A DNA stretch of 64,000 bases from an uncultured Puniceicoccaceae bacterium (GCA_963933835.1 CAWVVV010000001.1:96001-160000); one strand, 5' to 3'; positions 1 to 9,621 are shown, numbered from the stretch's first letter. Notes: generated by a model not told the origin, from the sequence alone. Numbers and translations are program-made.

Positions 1-861
1 GGCTTCGAAACGTTCAGGCGGCGCTTTGAAAGTTGTTTTCTCAAAGGTGACAGTCTCGATCATATCACCGCCCCCTTGGTAGGGCTTCATTTCTTCGAGC
101 CGTTCTGCCTTTCCATAAAGTAGACCGATCCCAGTTGGGCCGAAAAGCTTATGCGCACTCAGGACTAAGAAGTCTGGATCGAGCGCCGGTAGATCGATGG
201 AAAAATGGGGTGCAGATTGAGCCGCATCGAGCAATGTCGGAATGCCAAGCGCACGCGCTGCCGCGATCATCTCAGCGGCAGGGTTGATCGTCCCGAGTGC
301 ATTCGAGGCATGGACCATTGCCGCCATGGCGGGACGGTGTTGATCAAGTAAGCCCTGCCATGTCTCCAACTCAACTTCGCCTTTTTCATTGAGAGGACAT
401 ACCACGAGCTCCAGCCCAACTTCATCCCTTAAGAGCTGCCACGGCACGATGTTTGCGTGGTGCTCCATCGTCGTGAGCAGGATCTTATCACCCGCTTTGA
501 TACGGGGGCGTAAAAAGCTTTGAGCTACGAGATTAACGCCCTCCGTTGTTCCACGGACAAAGACGAGCTCGCGATCGCTTTCGAGACCGAGAAAACGAGC
601 GGCGACTTCGCGAGCCTTCTCGTAGGCTCCGGTTGCCCGCTGACTGAGGGTGTGAACGCCACGGTGAATGTTCGCATTGTCCTCTAAGTAATAGCGCCGT
701 TCAGCCTCGATAACCGAAGCTGGTTTTTGACCAGTGGCTGCATTGTCGAGGTAGACCAATGGGTGTCCATTCACCTCGGTTGCCAAGATAGGGAAATCAG
801 GACGCACCCTTTCGAGATCGAAAGGCTTCACACTGCCATTAGTTTCTTCTATCGCTGCCAT
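1..861 (-). CDS. sufS: Cysteine desulfurase SufS subfamily (3' end outside window)
   Basis: Manual translation from ATG at 861 gives MAAIEETNGSVKPFDLERVRPDFPILATEVNGHPLVYLDNAATGQKP; EHHAN and SAHKLFGPTG motifs are visible. Not in the ORF track because it runs off the window. Confidence 0.93.
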   Translation of the reverse strand, partial: MAAIEETNGSVKPFDLERVRPDFPILATEVNGHPLVYLDNAATGQKPASVIEAERRYYLEDNANIHRGVHTLSQRATGAYEKAREVAARFLGLESDRELVFVRGTTEGVNLVAQSFLRPRIKAGDKILLTTMEHHANIVPWQLLRDEVGLELVVCPLNEKGEVELETWQGLLDQHRPAMAAMVHASNALGTINPAAEMIAAARALGIPTLLDAAQSAPHFSIDLPALDPDFLVLSAHKLFGPTGIGLLYGKAERLEEMKPYQGGGDMIETVTFEKTTFKAPPERFEA

Positions 862-985
862 GAGAACACCTACACTCCCAATGCTATGTCCCGTCTCGTC
901 AATTGACAAACGGTCGCAATCGGAATTCTAATCTTACGCACGACAGACGAAAACTCAACTCTCACACCATCCAAGAAAGCCCAAT

Positions 986-2428
986 ATGCATCCTATTAAA
1001 CCACTTTTCCTCAGTCTATTGCCTCTCACCCTTCTCGGTAGCTCATTTGAAGAAGCGTCCGAACACCTCGACCTCGATGGCACATTTGTTGCCTACATGG
1101 ACTTCGATGGGGACGGTCAAGAGCTCGGCGAGAAGCTCAATCGACTCTACCAAGAGGTCCTTGCAGTGAATCCAAATATGCCACCGATCCCGTTGGACTT
1201 CCCTGCCCTCTTCGACGCGCTTGGGTTTGGATCGCTCAAGGCGATCGGTGCGAGTTCGATCGAAATCGAAGACGGGCTTCACCTGAATCGAAGCGTCGCT
1301 CTTTTGGAAGATGAGCTTTCAGGGATCTTCCGGATGTATGAAGTAGATACAACTGAGTTTACGGCCGCAGCACTCGCTCCGGCAGATGCGACAACAGTGG
1401 TCTCGGGGCACATGGATTTCATGCCGCTGATCGATACCGTGACGAACATCGCCGACCAAGTGATGGGACCCATGGGGGTTAGTTTCGTTGACAATTGGTT
1501 GGCTAGCCCAGCCTTCGGAACTGAAGTCAGTTTTGGAGATTTCATCGCTACCATATCAGGGAAATGGGATATCGCGCTCAGACAGGGACTTACAATTGAA
1601 ATGGAGAACGACCTTGTGGTCTGGATTGCAATCGATGGCGCAGGAAGCCTTCTACCAAATCTACACTCCCTCGAATCTACCTTTGGTGTTTCCTTCACCG
1701 AAAATGACGATGGGCTGACGGCTGATTTTTCTAACTTAATTCCCGACAATGAAATGGGCTTATACCTCTTTGCCCCAGCTGGATCGGATGACTTAATCGT
1801 CTATACGGATCCCAATTGGACAGCAGAGAGCGAGGGGCCTCGTTTATCTGAAACCTCCGCCTATCAAGCGCTCGCCGGCCGCCTACCCGAAGAGGCCATG
1901 GCCTTTAATTACAGCGCCGGGTTCGACGTCACTCCGATCTATCAATTCATCGAGTCGAATCCTCAAAGCGCAGACTACATTGGAATTGCCCGTCGAGTGG
2001 TCGATGAGCTCCTCTCCGATTTTCTCGAGCCGACGGTTGGCGCGAGTTATATGCAGGACGATGCCCTCCTGACGGAGCAATACGCTGGCTACTCAACAAA
2101 GCAGATTGTCGCTATCATGCCCGCAGCCGTCGCCGGTGGTCTGACTGCGGCAATGGCTGTGCCAGCTATGCAAAACGTGCAAGCTACATCAGTAGAAAAA
2201 GCAGCCACAAACAACCTCCGCCAGATCGCCAGTGCCGCCCAGCAATACATGCTCGATACGGGAGAAGACCGCGCCTCAATGAGCGACATCATTGGACCTG
2301 ATAAATACATTTCACAGCCTATCACTCCTGTGGCCGGTGAATCGTACGACGACATCGTCATCACTTACGAAACCTATAGCATCAGTGTCGTGCTCGCAGA
2401 TGGGCGCGTTGTGAGCTACAAGTTCTAA
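986..2428 (+). CDS. Secreted hypothetical protein with C-terminal pilin/pseudopilin-like domain
   Basis: 480-aa ORF with an N-terminal signal peptide; the C-terminal GLTAAMAVPAMQNVQATSVEKAATNNLRQIASAAQQY resembles a type IV pilin alpha-1 helix. Confidence 0.7.
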   Translation: MHPIKPLFLSLLPLTLLGSSFEEASEHLDLDGTFVAYMDFDGDGQELGEKLNRLYQEVLAVNPNMPPIPLDFPALFDALGFGSLKAIGASSIEIEDGLHLNRSVALLEDELSGIFRMYEVDTTEFTAAALAPADATTVVSGHMDFMPLIDTVTNIADQVMGPMGVSFVDNWLASPAFGTEVSFGDFIATISGKWDIALRQGLTIEMENDLVVWIAIDGAGSLLPNLHSLESTFGVSFTENDDGLTADFSNLIPDNEMGLYLFAPAGSDDLIVYTDPNWTAESEGPRLSETSAYQALAGRLPEEAMAFNYSAGFDVTPIYQFIESNPQSADYIGIARRVVDELLSDFLEPTVGASYMQDDALLTEQYAGYSTKQIVAIMPAAVAGGLTAAMAVPAMQNVQATSVEKAATNNLRQIASAAQQYMLDTGEDRASMSDIIGPDKYISQPITPVAGESYDDIVITYETYSISVVLADGRVVSYKF

Positions 2429-2438
2429 AAGTCGTGCT

Positions 2439-3302
2439 TTAAAGAAAGAAGCCGCGCTGCTTTTCGCTGATCGGCATTTCCAGTCGCTCCATTACAAGAA
2501 GGATATCTTCCCAGACTTGGCGCTTCGTGCTGTTGGAATTGTTCCGCAGGAGGTAGCTCGGGTGATAAGTCGGAATGATCGGGGTGCCCGCGAACTCGAA
2601 CCACTGCCCCCGGATGTGACTCATCCGACGCTTTGGGTCGGGACCCAGGAGGCCATCGACGGCGGTTTTACCCAAAGCGACGATCGCAGCAGGCTTCACG
2701 ATCTCAACCTGCGCTTTTAAAAACGGAAGGCAGTAGGCCATTTCATCGCCCGTCGGGGGACGGTTTCCAAAGTCAGTTGGCATCTCCGGACGCCAATTCA
2801 TGATGTTGCTGATGTAGACTTCTTCGCGGCTCATTCCTGCCGCTTTGATGATCTTCGTCAGCAGTTGCCCCGCTGGACCTACAAACGGTTCCGCCTGAAT
2901 CTCTTCCTCCGCCCCGGGCGCTTCACCGCAGAAGAGTATTTTCGCATCGATACTTCCGACGCCGAAGACGAGCTGCTTACCCGACTTTAGATGGGAGAGG
3001 CCTTCTTTGTCGTTCAGCACTCGATCACGCAACCACGCCATCTGTTCGGCCTTGGTGCCATCGGGGATTTCTAACTCCGGCGGTGGTGGCATATCGGCCT
3101 TTTGAGGTTTGGCCGGAGCCTCTTCCTCAACAACCAAAGTCGGCGAAGCGGACGGCGGAGCGGACGGCGGAGCGGCTGCAGCCAAGCGACGAACCGTAGA
3201 CCGAAGACCCTCTAGCGTTTCTTCGGATACTGGCACGCTTGTAACGCCTTCCCGACGCCATTGCTTCAACTCGTAAGCCAGTGCCTCTAACTCCTCGCGC
3301 AT
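2439..3302 (-). CDS. Uracil-DNA glycosylase family 4 with N-terminal extension
   Basis: GEAPGAEE, PFVGPAGQLL and TYHPSYLLR motifs. ATG at 3302 chosen; alternative TTG at 3338. Confidence 0.9.
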   Translation of the reverse strand: MREELEALAYELKQWRREGVTSVPVSEETLEGLRSTVRRLAAAAPPSAPPSASPTLVVEEEAPAKPQKADMPPPPELEIPDGTKAEQMAWLRDRVLNDKEGLSHLKSGKQLVFGVGSIDAKILFCGEAPGAEEEIQAEPFVGPAGQLLTKIIKAAGMSREEVYISNIMNWRPEMPTDFGNRPPTGDEMAYCLPFLKAQVEIVKPAAIVALGKTAVDGLLGPDPKRRMSHIRGQWFEFAGTPIIPTYHPSYLLRNNSNSTKRQVWEDILLVMERLEMPISEKQRGFFL

Positions 3303-3334
3303 ATTCGAAGACTGCGTTGCCACCGTCGCCACTG

Positions 3335-4177
3335 TCAATCGCTCGTCATCGCTTCGAGGGCAGCATGGTAACGTGCTTCTAACAAATCCACGATGCCCTC
3401 GTGCTGCCCAACCAGATCTGCCATGTGAGCGCGCAGGCCAGGTCTCGCTGCCTCGGCCTCCGCGCAGATCGTGGCAATATCACCACCCGGCCCAGCATGA
3501 CGCCCTGGGGATAGAAACAACAGCGCGATGATCACATCGCTCGCAGGCAACGTTGGCTCGATCAAAGCCCGCTCTAGCAAAGGCTCATTGAAAGCATACG
3601 CAGGTCCTTCGCGCCGCTCCATCGAAGCAACTGAAACGCTCTCTGCCGCATCCTTCAGTATGACCGCGAGACTCTCCCCGAGGCTGTCGCGCAAAGCCGC
3701 TACGTCTTTCTTCGGCGAACCATGATCGACGAGGATGACAGGGGCGTTGTTCAAGCCTTTGGCTGTTCCCAGCGCTCGCGTCTGGTCGGCAAGTAAGTCA
3801 ACCAGCCCTCCCCTTTCGCCCGGCACACAGTCCCCTAAAAACGGCGCAATATGGAGTTCAAAATCGCCCTGCTTTTCGACAATCTTCGCTTTGCGCTCAG
3901 GCAGATAATCGATGATCGCACCCGTCGGACCAAAGAAAAACGGCAGGATCAAAAACGTCCGCTCCCCTTCCGCAAGTGCCGCCTGCGTCGCGCGCTCCCA
4001 CGTCATCGTCGGCGGGCAGTGAGCGGGGATCAAGTCAGGGTCAATCCGCGTGCTATGGAGGACGGATACTGGCTCCACATTCACGCCTAATCGCTGAGAG
4101 AGGATCAGCGCCACGCGGCTTAAATTTGCCCAGCTCTCTGGCCGCAGCGAGCCATTATCGACGAGATAAATACGCAT
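3335..4177 (-). CDS. CbiX/SirB-like chelatase family protein (two-domain)
   Basis: LVDNGS and LVDHGSP repeats, PFFFGP, LSPGRHAGPGGDI. Confidence 0.75.
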   Translation of the reverse strand: MRIYLVDNGSLRPESWANLSRVALILSQRLGVNVEPVSVLHSTRIDPDLIPAHCPPTMTWERATQAALAEGERTFLILPFFFGPTGAIIDYLPERKAKIVEKQGDFELHIAPFLGDCVPGERGGLVDLLADQTRALGTAKGLNNAPVILVDHGSPKKDVAALRDSLGESLAVILKDAAESVSVASMERREGPAYAFNEPLLERALIEPTLPASDVIIALLFLSPGRHAGPGGDIATICAEAEAARPGLRAHMADLVGQHEGIVDLLEARYHAALEAMTSD

Positions 4178-4185
4178 TGAAAAAA

Positions 4186-4272
4186 TGGTGCCCGAGACAG
4201 GACTTGAACCTGCACAGAGTTACCCCCGCAAGAGCCTAATTCTTGTGTGTCTACCAGTTCCACCACTCGGGC
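4186..4272 (-). tRNA. tRNA-Leu(TAG)
   Basis: Reverse complement GCCCGAGTGGTGGAACTGGTAGACAC...CAAGA-ATTAGGC-TCTTG, long variable arm, GGTTCAAGTCC, CCA end. Confidence 0.95.
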
Positions 4273-4584
4273 ATTAGGATGGTCGAGGGATTAGGAAGAC
4301 GAACGGACGGGGTGCAAGCTTTGTTCGCATTTCCTTTCCCCCGCCGACGAATTCGCTTAGATCAGCTATCTCCGACAGGAAAGCGTAAAACCTGATTAAC
4401 TTCCTCAACGATAAAGCACCTCTAGCCTAGACCAACAATTTCTAGGAAAATGCCTCCGGGCCGCCCTCCAAACACCGCATTCGCTATAAATAGCCTACCG
4501 ATGACTGATGCCTTCCAACTCTATATCGAAAAAGCCTAGACCTTTACCGCTCCTTAAAACACAACCGAAAGAAATATTTAACCT

Positions 4585-5682
4585 ATGAGCCTAGATATTA
4601 AACCAGCCTCCGAGTGCGCTTACGATTGCGTCTCTCTCGGTGAAATCATGCTTCGCCTCGATCCCGGCGAAGGTCGCATCCGCACCGCGCGCAGCTTCAC
4701 CGCCTGGGAAGGCGGCGGCGAATACAACGTCTGCCGTGGTCTCAAAAAAGCCTTCGGTCTGCGCAGCGCGATTGTAACTGCTTTTGCAGATAACGAAGTC
4801 GGACACCTCGTCGAAGACTTCATTATGCAAGGTGGCGTCGATACACAATTCATCAAGTGGATGCCTTACGACGGCCTTGGCCGCGAAGTGCGCAACGGCA
4901 TCAACTTCACTGAGCGCGGCTTCGGTGTTCGCGGCGCTGTCGGCGTTCCTGACCGTGGTCTCACTGCGGCAAGCCAACTCAAAGTCGGCGACATCGCCTG
5001 GGAACACATCTTCGGTACGCTCGGCGTTCGTTGGTTCCACACTGGTGGCATCTATGCTGCGCTCAGCGAGACGACACCTGACGTCGTGATCGAAGCGGTT
5101 AAGGTCGCGAAGAAATATGGCACGATCGTTTCCTTTGACCTCAACTACCGCCCTTCCCTCTGGAAGAGCATCGGTGGCCACGCTAAGGCTCAAGAGGTTA
5201 ATCGCGAGATCGCTAAGTATGTCGATGTCATGATCGGCAACGAAGAAGACTTCACCGCCTGCCTCGGTTTTGAAGTTGAAGGGGTGGATGAAAACCTCGC
5301 CAACATCGAAGTAGAAAGTTTCCAAAACATGATCAAGCAGGTCGTGAAGGAATTCCCGAACTTTAAGGCAACGGGCACCACTCTCCGTGGCGTTCACACT
5401 GCCACGGTCAATGACTGGGCCGCGATGGTCTGGTGCGATGGAAAGTTCTACCATTCTAAGCAGTATCCGAAGCTTGAAATCATGGACCGCGTTGGCGGAG
5501 GTGACAGCTTTGCATCCGGTCTCGCCTTTGGATTCATGCACACCGGCGACCCACAAAAAGCGGTCGAATACGGCACCGCACACGGCGCCCTCGCGATGAC
5601 AACTCCAGGTGACACCACAATGGTGACACGCGCTGAAGTTGAAAAATTTATGGGCGGTGGGAGCGCACGCGTCGTCCGATGA
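4585..5682 (+). CDS. kdgK: 2-dehydro-3-deoxygluconokinase (PfkB family)
   Basis: GEIMLRL, GGGEYNV, FDLNYRPSLW and DRVGGGDSF motifs; overlaps eda (ATGA). Confidence 0.9.
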   Translation: MSLDIKPASECAYDCVSLGEIMLRLDPGEGRIRTARSFTAWEGGGEYNVCRGLKKAFGLRSAIVTAFADNEVGHLVEDFIMQGGVDTQFIKWMPYDGLGREVRNGINFTERGFGVRGAVGVPDRGLTAASQLKVGDIAWEHIFGTLGVRWFHTGGIYAALSETTPDVVIEAVKVAKKYGTIVSFDLNYRPSLWKSIGGHAKAQEVNREIAKYVDVMIGNEEDFTACLGFEVEGVDENLANIEVESFQNMIKQVVKEFPNFKATGTTLRGVHTATVNDWAAMVWCDGKFYHSKQYPKLEIMDRVGGGDSFASGLAFGFMHTGDPQKAVEYGTAHGALAMTTPGDTTMVTRAEVEKFMGGGSARVVR

Positions 5683-6317
5683 GTATTGGAATCGAACCCT
5701 CCCTCCTCGGCACTTCGAAGGTCATCCCAGTCGTCATTTTGCATGACGCCTCTAAAGCCGTAGACCTCGCCAAAGCCCTTCTCGCTGGTGGTATCGAAGC
5801 GATCGAACTCACCTTCCGCACTGATGCAGCAGCCGACGCTATTCGCGCCGTCCGCGCTGAAGTCCCGGGAATGTGTGTTGGCGCCGGTACTCTCTTGAAC
5901 ACCGCTCAAGTTGACGAAGCGATTGATGCAGGCGCACAGTTTGCCGTCGCACCTGGTCACAACCAAGCCGTGACGAGCCATGCGATCAAAAATGGCCTCC
6001 CCTTCGCTCCAGGTGTCATGACTCCGACCGATGTTGAAGCTGCTCTCGAAAAAGGCTTCCGCACGCTCAAGTTCTTCCCTGCGGAATCCGCTGGTGGCGT
6101 AAAGCACCTCAAAAGTCTTATCGCGCCCTATCAGCACATGGGTATTAAGTTTATTCCTACAGGTGGCATCAGTGCCAACATCGCGCCTGACTACCTGGCA
6201 CTTCCTGCCGTTCTTGCAGTGGGTGGTTCATGGCTCACACCTGCTGACGCGATTGTGAACAACGACTGGGCTGCGGTGACGAAGATTGCTAAGGAAACAC
6301 TCGCAGCTTTAGCGTAA
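5679..6317 (+). CDS. eda: KDPG/KHG aldolase
   Basis: IELTFRT, VGAGT, PGVMTPTD, LKFFPA and PTGGI motifs. Confidence 0.95.
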   Translation: MSIGIEPSLLGTSKVIPVVILHDASKAVDLAKALLAGGIEAIELTFRTDAAADAIRAVRAEVPGMCVGAGTLLNTAQVDEAIDAGAQFAVAPGHNQAVTSHAIKNGLPFAPGVMTPTDVEAALEKGFRTLKFFPAESAGGVKHLKSLIAPYQHMGIKFIPTGGISANIAPDYLALPAVLAVGGSWLTPADAIVNNDWAAVTKIAKETLAALA

Positions 6318-6338
6318 CGAATAATACGTTTTAATCTC

Positions 6339-6382
6339 AATGCCTGCGGGAGCTCTCACAACTCCCGCAGGCATTTTTCTTT
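6339..6382 (+). terminator. Rho-independent terminator after eda
   Basis: 14-bp stem AATGCCTGCGGGAG/CTCCCGCAGGCATT followed by a T-tract. Confidence 0.85.
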
Positions 6383-6417
6383 CCAAACGACTCCTAAAGT
6401 GATGAACCGAGCCTAGG

Positions 6418-6480
6418 TTCTGTGCTTTATGTGCCTTTTATGGTGCCATTAGATCCGGACACATTCGTGCAATTCGTGGA
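6418..6480. repeat. CAC-periodic microrepeats (reverse orientation)
   Basis: Reverse complements CACCATAAAAGGCACATAAAGCACAGAA and CCACGAATTGCACGAAT; related motifs at 20285-20312 and 23676-23777. Confidence 0.55.
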
Positions 6481-6543
6481 CACAAACCCACTCTTCGGCT
6501 TTTCCTTCCTCCGCTGCTTCACAACCCTTTCAATTTAAAGAAC

Positions 6544-6795
6544 ATGTCTTCTCTCTTCGACCTCTCGAATCAAACCGCCGTTGTTATTGGTGGAACCGGT
6601 GAACTCTGTGGTGCCATGGCTGAAGGCCTCGCCGCTGCTGGCGCGCACGTCGTCCTCGTTGGACGCAGTGTCGAAAAAGCGACTGCCCGCCTCGCCAAGA
6701 TCGAAGAAGCTGGAGGCTCCGCCTCTTTCGAAGCAGCCGACGTCTCCTCCAAAGCTGGCCTCGTAGACCTCTGCGAACGCATCACTACCAAGCAC
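6544..6795 (+). pseudogene. N-terminal fragment of SDR oxidoreductase (KduD/gluconate 5-dehydrogenase-like)
   Basis: [34 protein letters not shown]ossmann start; homology ends at about aa 84, before the NAG and YxxxK motifs. Confidence 0.85.
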
Positions 6796-6796
6796 C

Positions 6797-7920
6797 CCAC
6801 TCTACCACTGGTCGCACCTCGAACTGAAGCGCTACTTCGACCTCGATCTTAGGATCGAACCGGCGAACACCGACGCCATCTGGGATACCTGCAACGCAAA
6901 GCTGGCCGAACTCAAAACCCACCAGATTCTCGATGATTTTAACGTCGCAGTCGTTTGCACAACCGACGATCCGGCAGATCCAATCGACCTCCATGGCCAG
7001 ATCGCGCAGCAGGGTCTAAACACTCGAGTCTATCCTACTTTTCGCCCCGACAAAGCACATGCGATCAAAGACCCAAAGGCGTTCACGACGTGGCTGAAAA
7101 ACTCAGCGAAAGCTCAGGGATTAGCGTATCCACTTTTGACGACCTGATGACAGCGCTGGAGAAACGTCACGCTGATTTCCACGATGTCGGATGCCGTCTC
7201 TCAGACCACGGCTTAGAACAGTGCCCGAGCGAGCCCTGCTCAACTGGCGAAGCAACAAGTATCTTTCATGGTGTCGTCAATGGACAGGGAGCCAGGTCGA
7301 TCGATGAGCTCAAATTCGCGAGTTACCTGCTTAAACACTTTGGTCGCTGGGCGGCAAAACGCGGTTGGACTCAACAGCTCCACCTCGGGCCTTTGCGCAA
7401 CAACAGCAGCCGCCAATTCGAACGACTCGGGCCGGATACCGGCTTCGATTCCATCGGTGAAAGCGTCAGCGTGAAATCGGTTCAACGCTATCTTGATGGA
7501 CTCGATGCGACGGATGAACTCCCAAAGATCGTCCTCTACAACCTCAACCCTTCTGATAACTACGCCCTCACGACGATGCTCGGCAACTTCCAGGACGGAA
7601 CTCTCGCGGGCAAGATGCAGTTCGGCAGCGGTTGGTGGTTCCTCGATCAAGAAGAAGCGATGCAGTGGCAGATAAACACCCTTTCGCATCTCGGCATTCT
7701 CCGACGCTTCGTCGGGATGCTGACCGATAGCCGTAGTTTTCTCTCGTATCCACGACACGAATACTTTCGGCGCGTCTTGTGCAATCTCCTCGGCCGCGAT
7801 TTGAAGCGTGGAGTTCTGCCAAACGACATCGACCTCATCGGTCAAATGGTGCGCGAGATCTGTTTCGATAACGCCAAGAACTACTTCGGCCTCGAGCTCG
7901 CTCCAAAGTATTCGACATAA
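6797..7920 (+). pseudogene. uxaC: Glucuronate isomerase, 5'-deleted and frameshifted
   Basis: Frame 2 from 6797 reads [14 protein letters not shown]...CTTDDP...PTFRPDK; shifts at the A5 run 7097-7101 into frame 1 (SDHG, GPDTGFD, QFGSGWWFLD, GMLTDSRSFLSYPRHEYFRR). No N-terminus or start codon. Confidence 0.9.
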
Positions 7921-7984
7921 ACGCCGCGATTCAAAAACATGAATCAGGCTCGTCTTACATGACAAATAGCGCTCTAACCGTGTT

Positions 7985-9157
7985 ATGCAAGAAGACCCAC
8001 TACAGAAAGCCCTCCTAAGCCCATTGAAAGAAGTGGGGCGGTTGAACAAGTGGCTCATGTCGAGCCTGCACCTTTCACAACCCTTCAAAAGCGCCGATGC
8101 GGTCAAAGCAGTGCCCGGCACGGCGCCCGGCATCGAGAATATGGAGGGAGTTTCAGAGCGCCCTGAAGCGGATGTCGTTCGGGTCTACTGGTGTGATTAT
8201 GCACACGAAAAGATCGAGTGGAACGAAGGTTCGGTAGAAGAATTTGAGGCGGCAGAGCGGCCCGAATGGGCACAGCAACGCTGGGTCAACATCGACGGAC
8301 TGCACCCTTACGTGATCAATCAGTTTCGCCAGAAATACAACTTTCACACCCTGGTCGGCGAGGACATCATGCGGACCTCTCAACGTCCCAAAGTCGAGCT
8401 CTACGACGACTACATTTTTACCGTCGTGCGGATGATGCGGCTGGAGGAAGGACACTTGAAACAGGAGCAAGTCAGCATGCTCCTCTTTAGTGACTGCATT
8501 CTAACCTTTCAAGAAGTGCACGGAGATGTCTGGGGGCCCATTCGGCAGCGTCTCGACAAAGGCAATACACGGATCAGAGAGTATGGCGTCTCCTATCTCT
8601 ACTACGCTCTCCTCGACACGGTCGTCGACCACTTCTTCCCGATTCTTGAAACCTACGGTCATCGCCTAGAAGAACTCGAAGACGCCGTTGTCGACAATCC
8701 CGGGCCCAGCGTGCAACAGGCTGTCCATGGCGTAAAACGCGAACTCTCGATCCTGCGTCGCGTGATGTGGCCACTACGCGAGGTAGCGAACGAACTCCAA
8801 CGCACAGAGGCCGAATTGATCGACTCAAAAGTCATCGACTATCTACGCGACGTCTACGACCACACCCTGCAAATCATCGAAATCGTCGAAATGCACCGTG
8901 AACATGCCGCCAGCCTCAACGATCTCTATATGTCCGCCGTAGGCAATCGGATGAACGAGATCATGAAGGTGCTCACTATCATGGCCTCCTTCTTCATCCC
9001 TATCACCTTTGTCGCCGGCGTTTATGGAATGAACTTCGAATACATTCCAGAGCTGAGCTGGCATGCCAGCTACTTCGTCTTTTGGGGCGTTTGCTCAACG
9101 ATTGTCATGAGCTTGGGCATCTTTTTTTGGAAGCGCGGCTGGATCGGGAAGAAGTAA
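7985..9157 (+). CDS. corA: Magnesium/cobalt transporter CorA
   Basis: QRPKVE and YGMNF signature, two C-terminal TM helices. Confidence 0.95.
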   Translation: MQEDPLQKALLSPLKEVGRLNKWLMSSLHLSQPFKSADAVKAVPGTAPGIENMEGVSERPEADVVRVYWCDYAHEKIEWNEGSVEEFEAAERPEWAQQRWVNIDGLHPYVINQFRQKYNFHTLVGEDIMRTSQRPKVELYDDYIFTVVRMMRLEEGHLKQEQVSMLLFSDCILTFQEVHGDVWGPIRQRLDKGNTRIREYGVSYLYYALLDTVVDHFFPILETYGHRLEELEDAVVDNPGPSVQQAVHGVKRELSILRRVMWPLREVANELQRTEAELIDSKVIDYLRDVYDHTLQIIEIVEMHREHAASLNDLYMSAVGNRMNEIMKVLTIMASFFIPITFVAGVYGMNFEYIPELSWHASYFVFWGVCSTIVMSLGIFFWKRGWIGKK

Positions 9158-9168
9158 GCTTCAATCGA

Positions 9169-9621
9169 TCAGCGAAAATATGCCTTGGTATTCTCGTGGA
9201 CCGTTTCATCGGCGAGAATATCTTCTGGATTCCACCATTTCCACCGTTCGTGCTGAGCATCTAGCTGAGGCTCGAAGTCGTCGGGCAACTTGAGGTGGTG
9301 CCCAAGTACGACGTAGTGCGTACCATAGGAAGTCTCTCCAAAAACAGTGTCATCGTAAATGTGATCATAGCCCCCCAGAAGGCGTGCATCAGAGAGCTCA
9401 AAAGCCTGTCCAAGCTCCGTGTGCGTCAGGCGGCGAAAGGCCGCGGCAATCGTCTCGTTTTTCTGGATACGTCCCCCTGGAACAAACCAGTGCCGAGCTG
9501 CTGGACGATTATTCCGCCAGCCGAGGAGATAAAGTCCTTTCCGCTCTAGGCAGAGATCAATCGAAACTAGCGGGGTAGATTTTAGAACTGTCTTAAAGAC
9601 TGGATCAGAGAGGTAAGCCAT
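9169..9621 (-). CDS. gmm: GDP-mannose mannosyl hydrolase (Nudix)
   Basis: TPLVSIDL, RNNRPA..WFVPGGRIQKNE, THYVVLG, QH, VHENTKAYF. Confidence 0.85.
   Translation of the reverse strand: MAYLSDPVFKTVLKSTPLVSIDLCLERKGLYLLGWRNNRPAARHWFVPGGRIQKNETIAAAFRRLTHTELGQAFELSDARLLGGYDHIYDDTVFGETSYGTHYVVLGHHLKLPDDFEPQLDAQHERWKWWNPEDILADETVHENTKAYFR

Noticed and set aside
4591..5583. 330-aa antisense ORF (likewise 7240-8133, 16430-17896, 29302-30435, 61940-62866)
   Set aside because: These are antisense shadows of kdgK, uxaC, rpsA, the oxidoreductase and secDF.
7097..7101. Programmed ribosomal frameshift in uxaC
   Set aside because: The gene already lacks its N-terminus and start codon; mutation or a homopolymer error is simpler.
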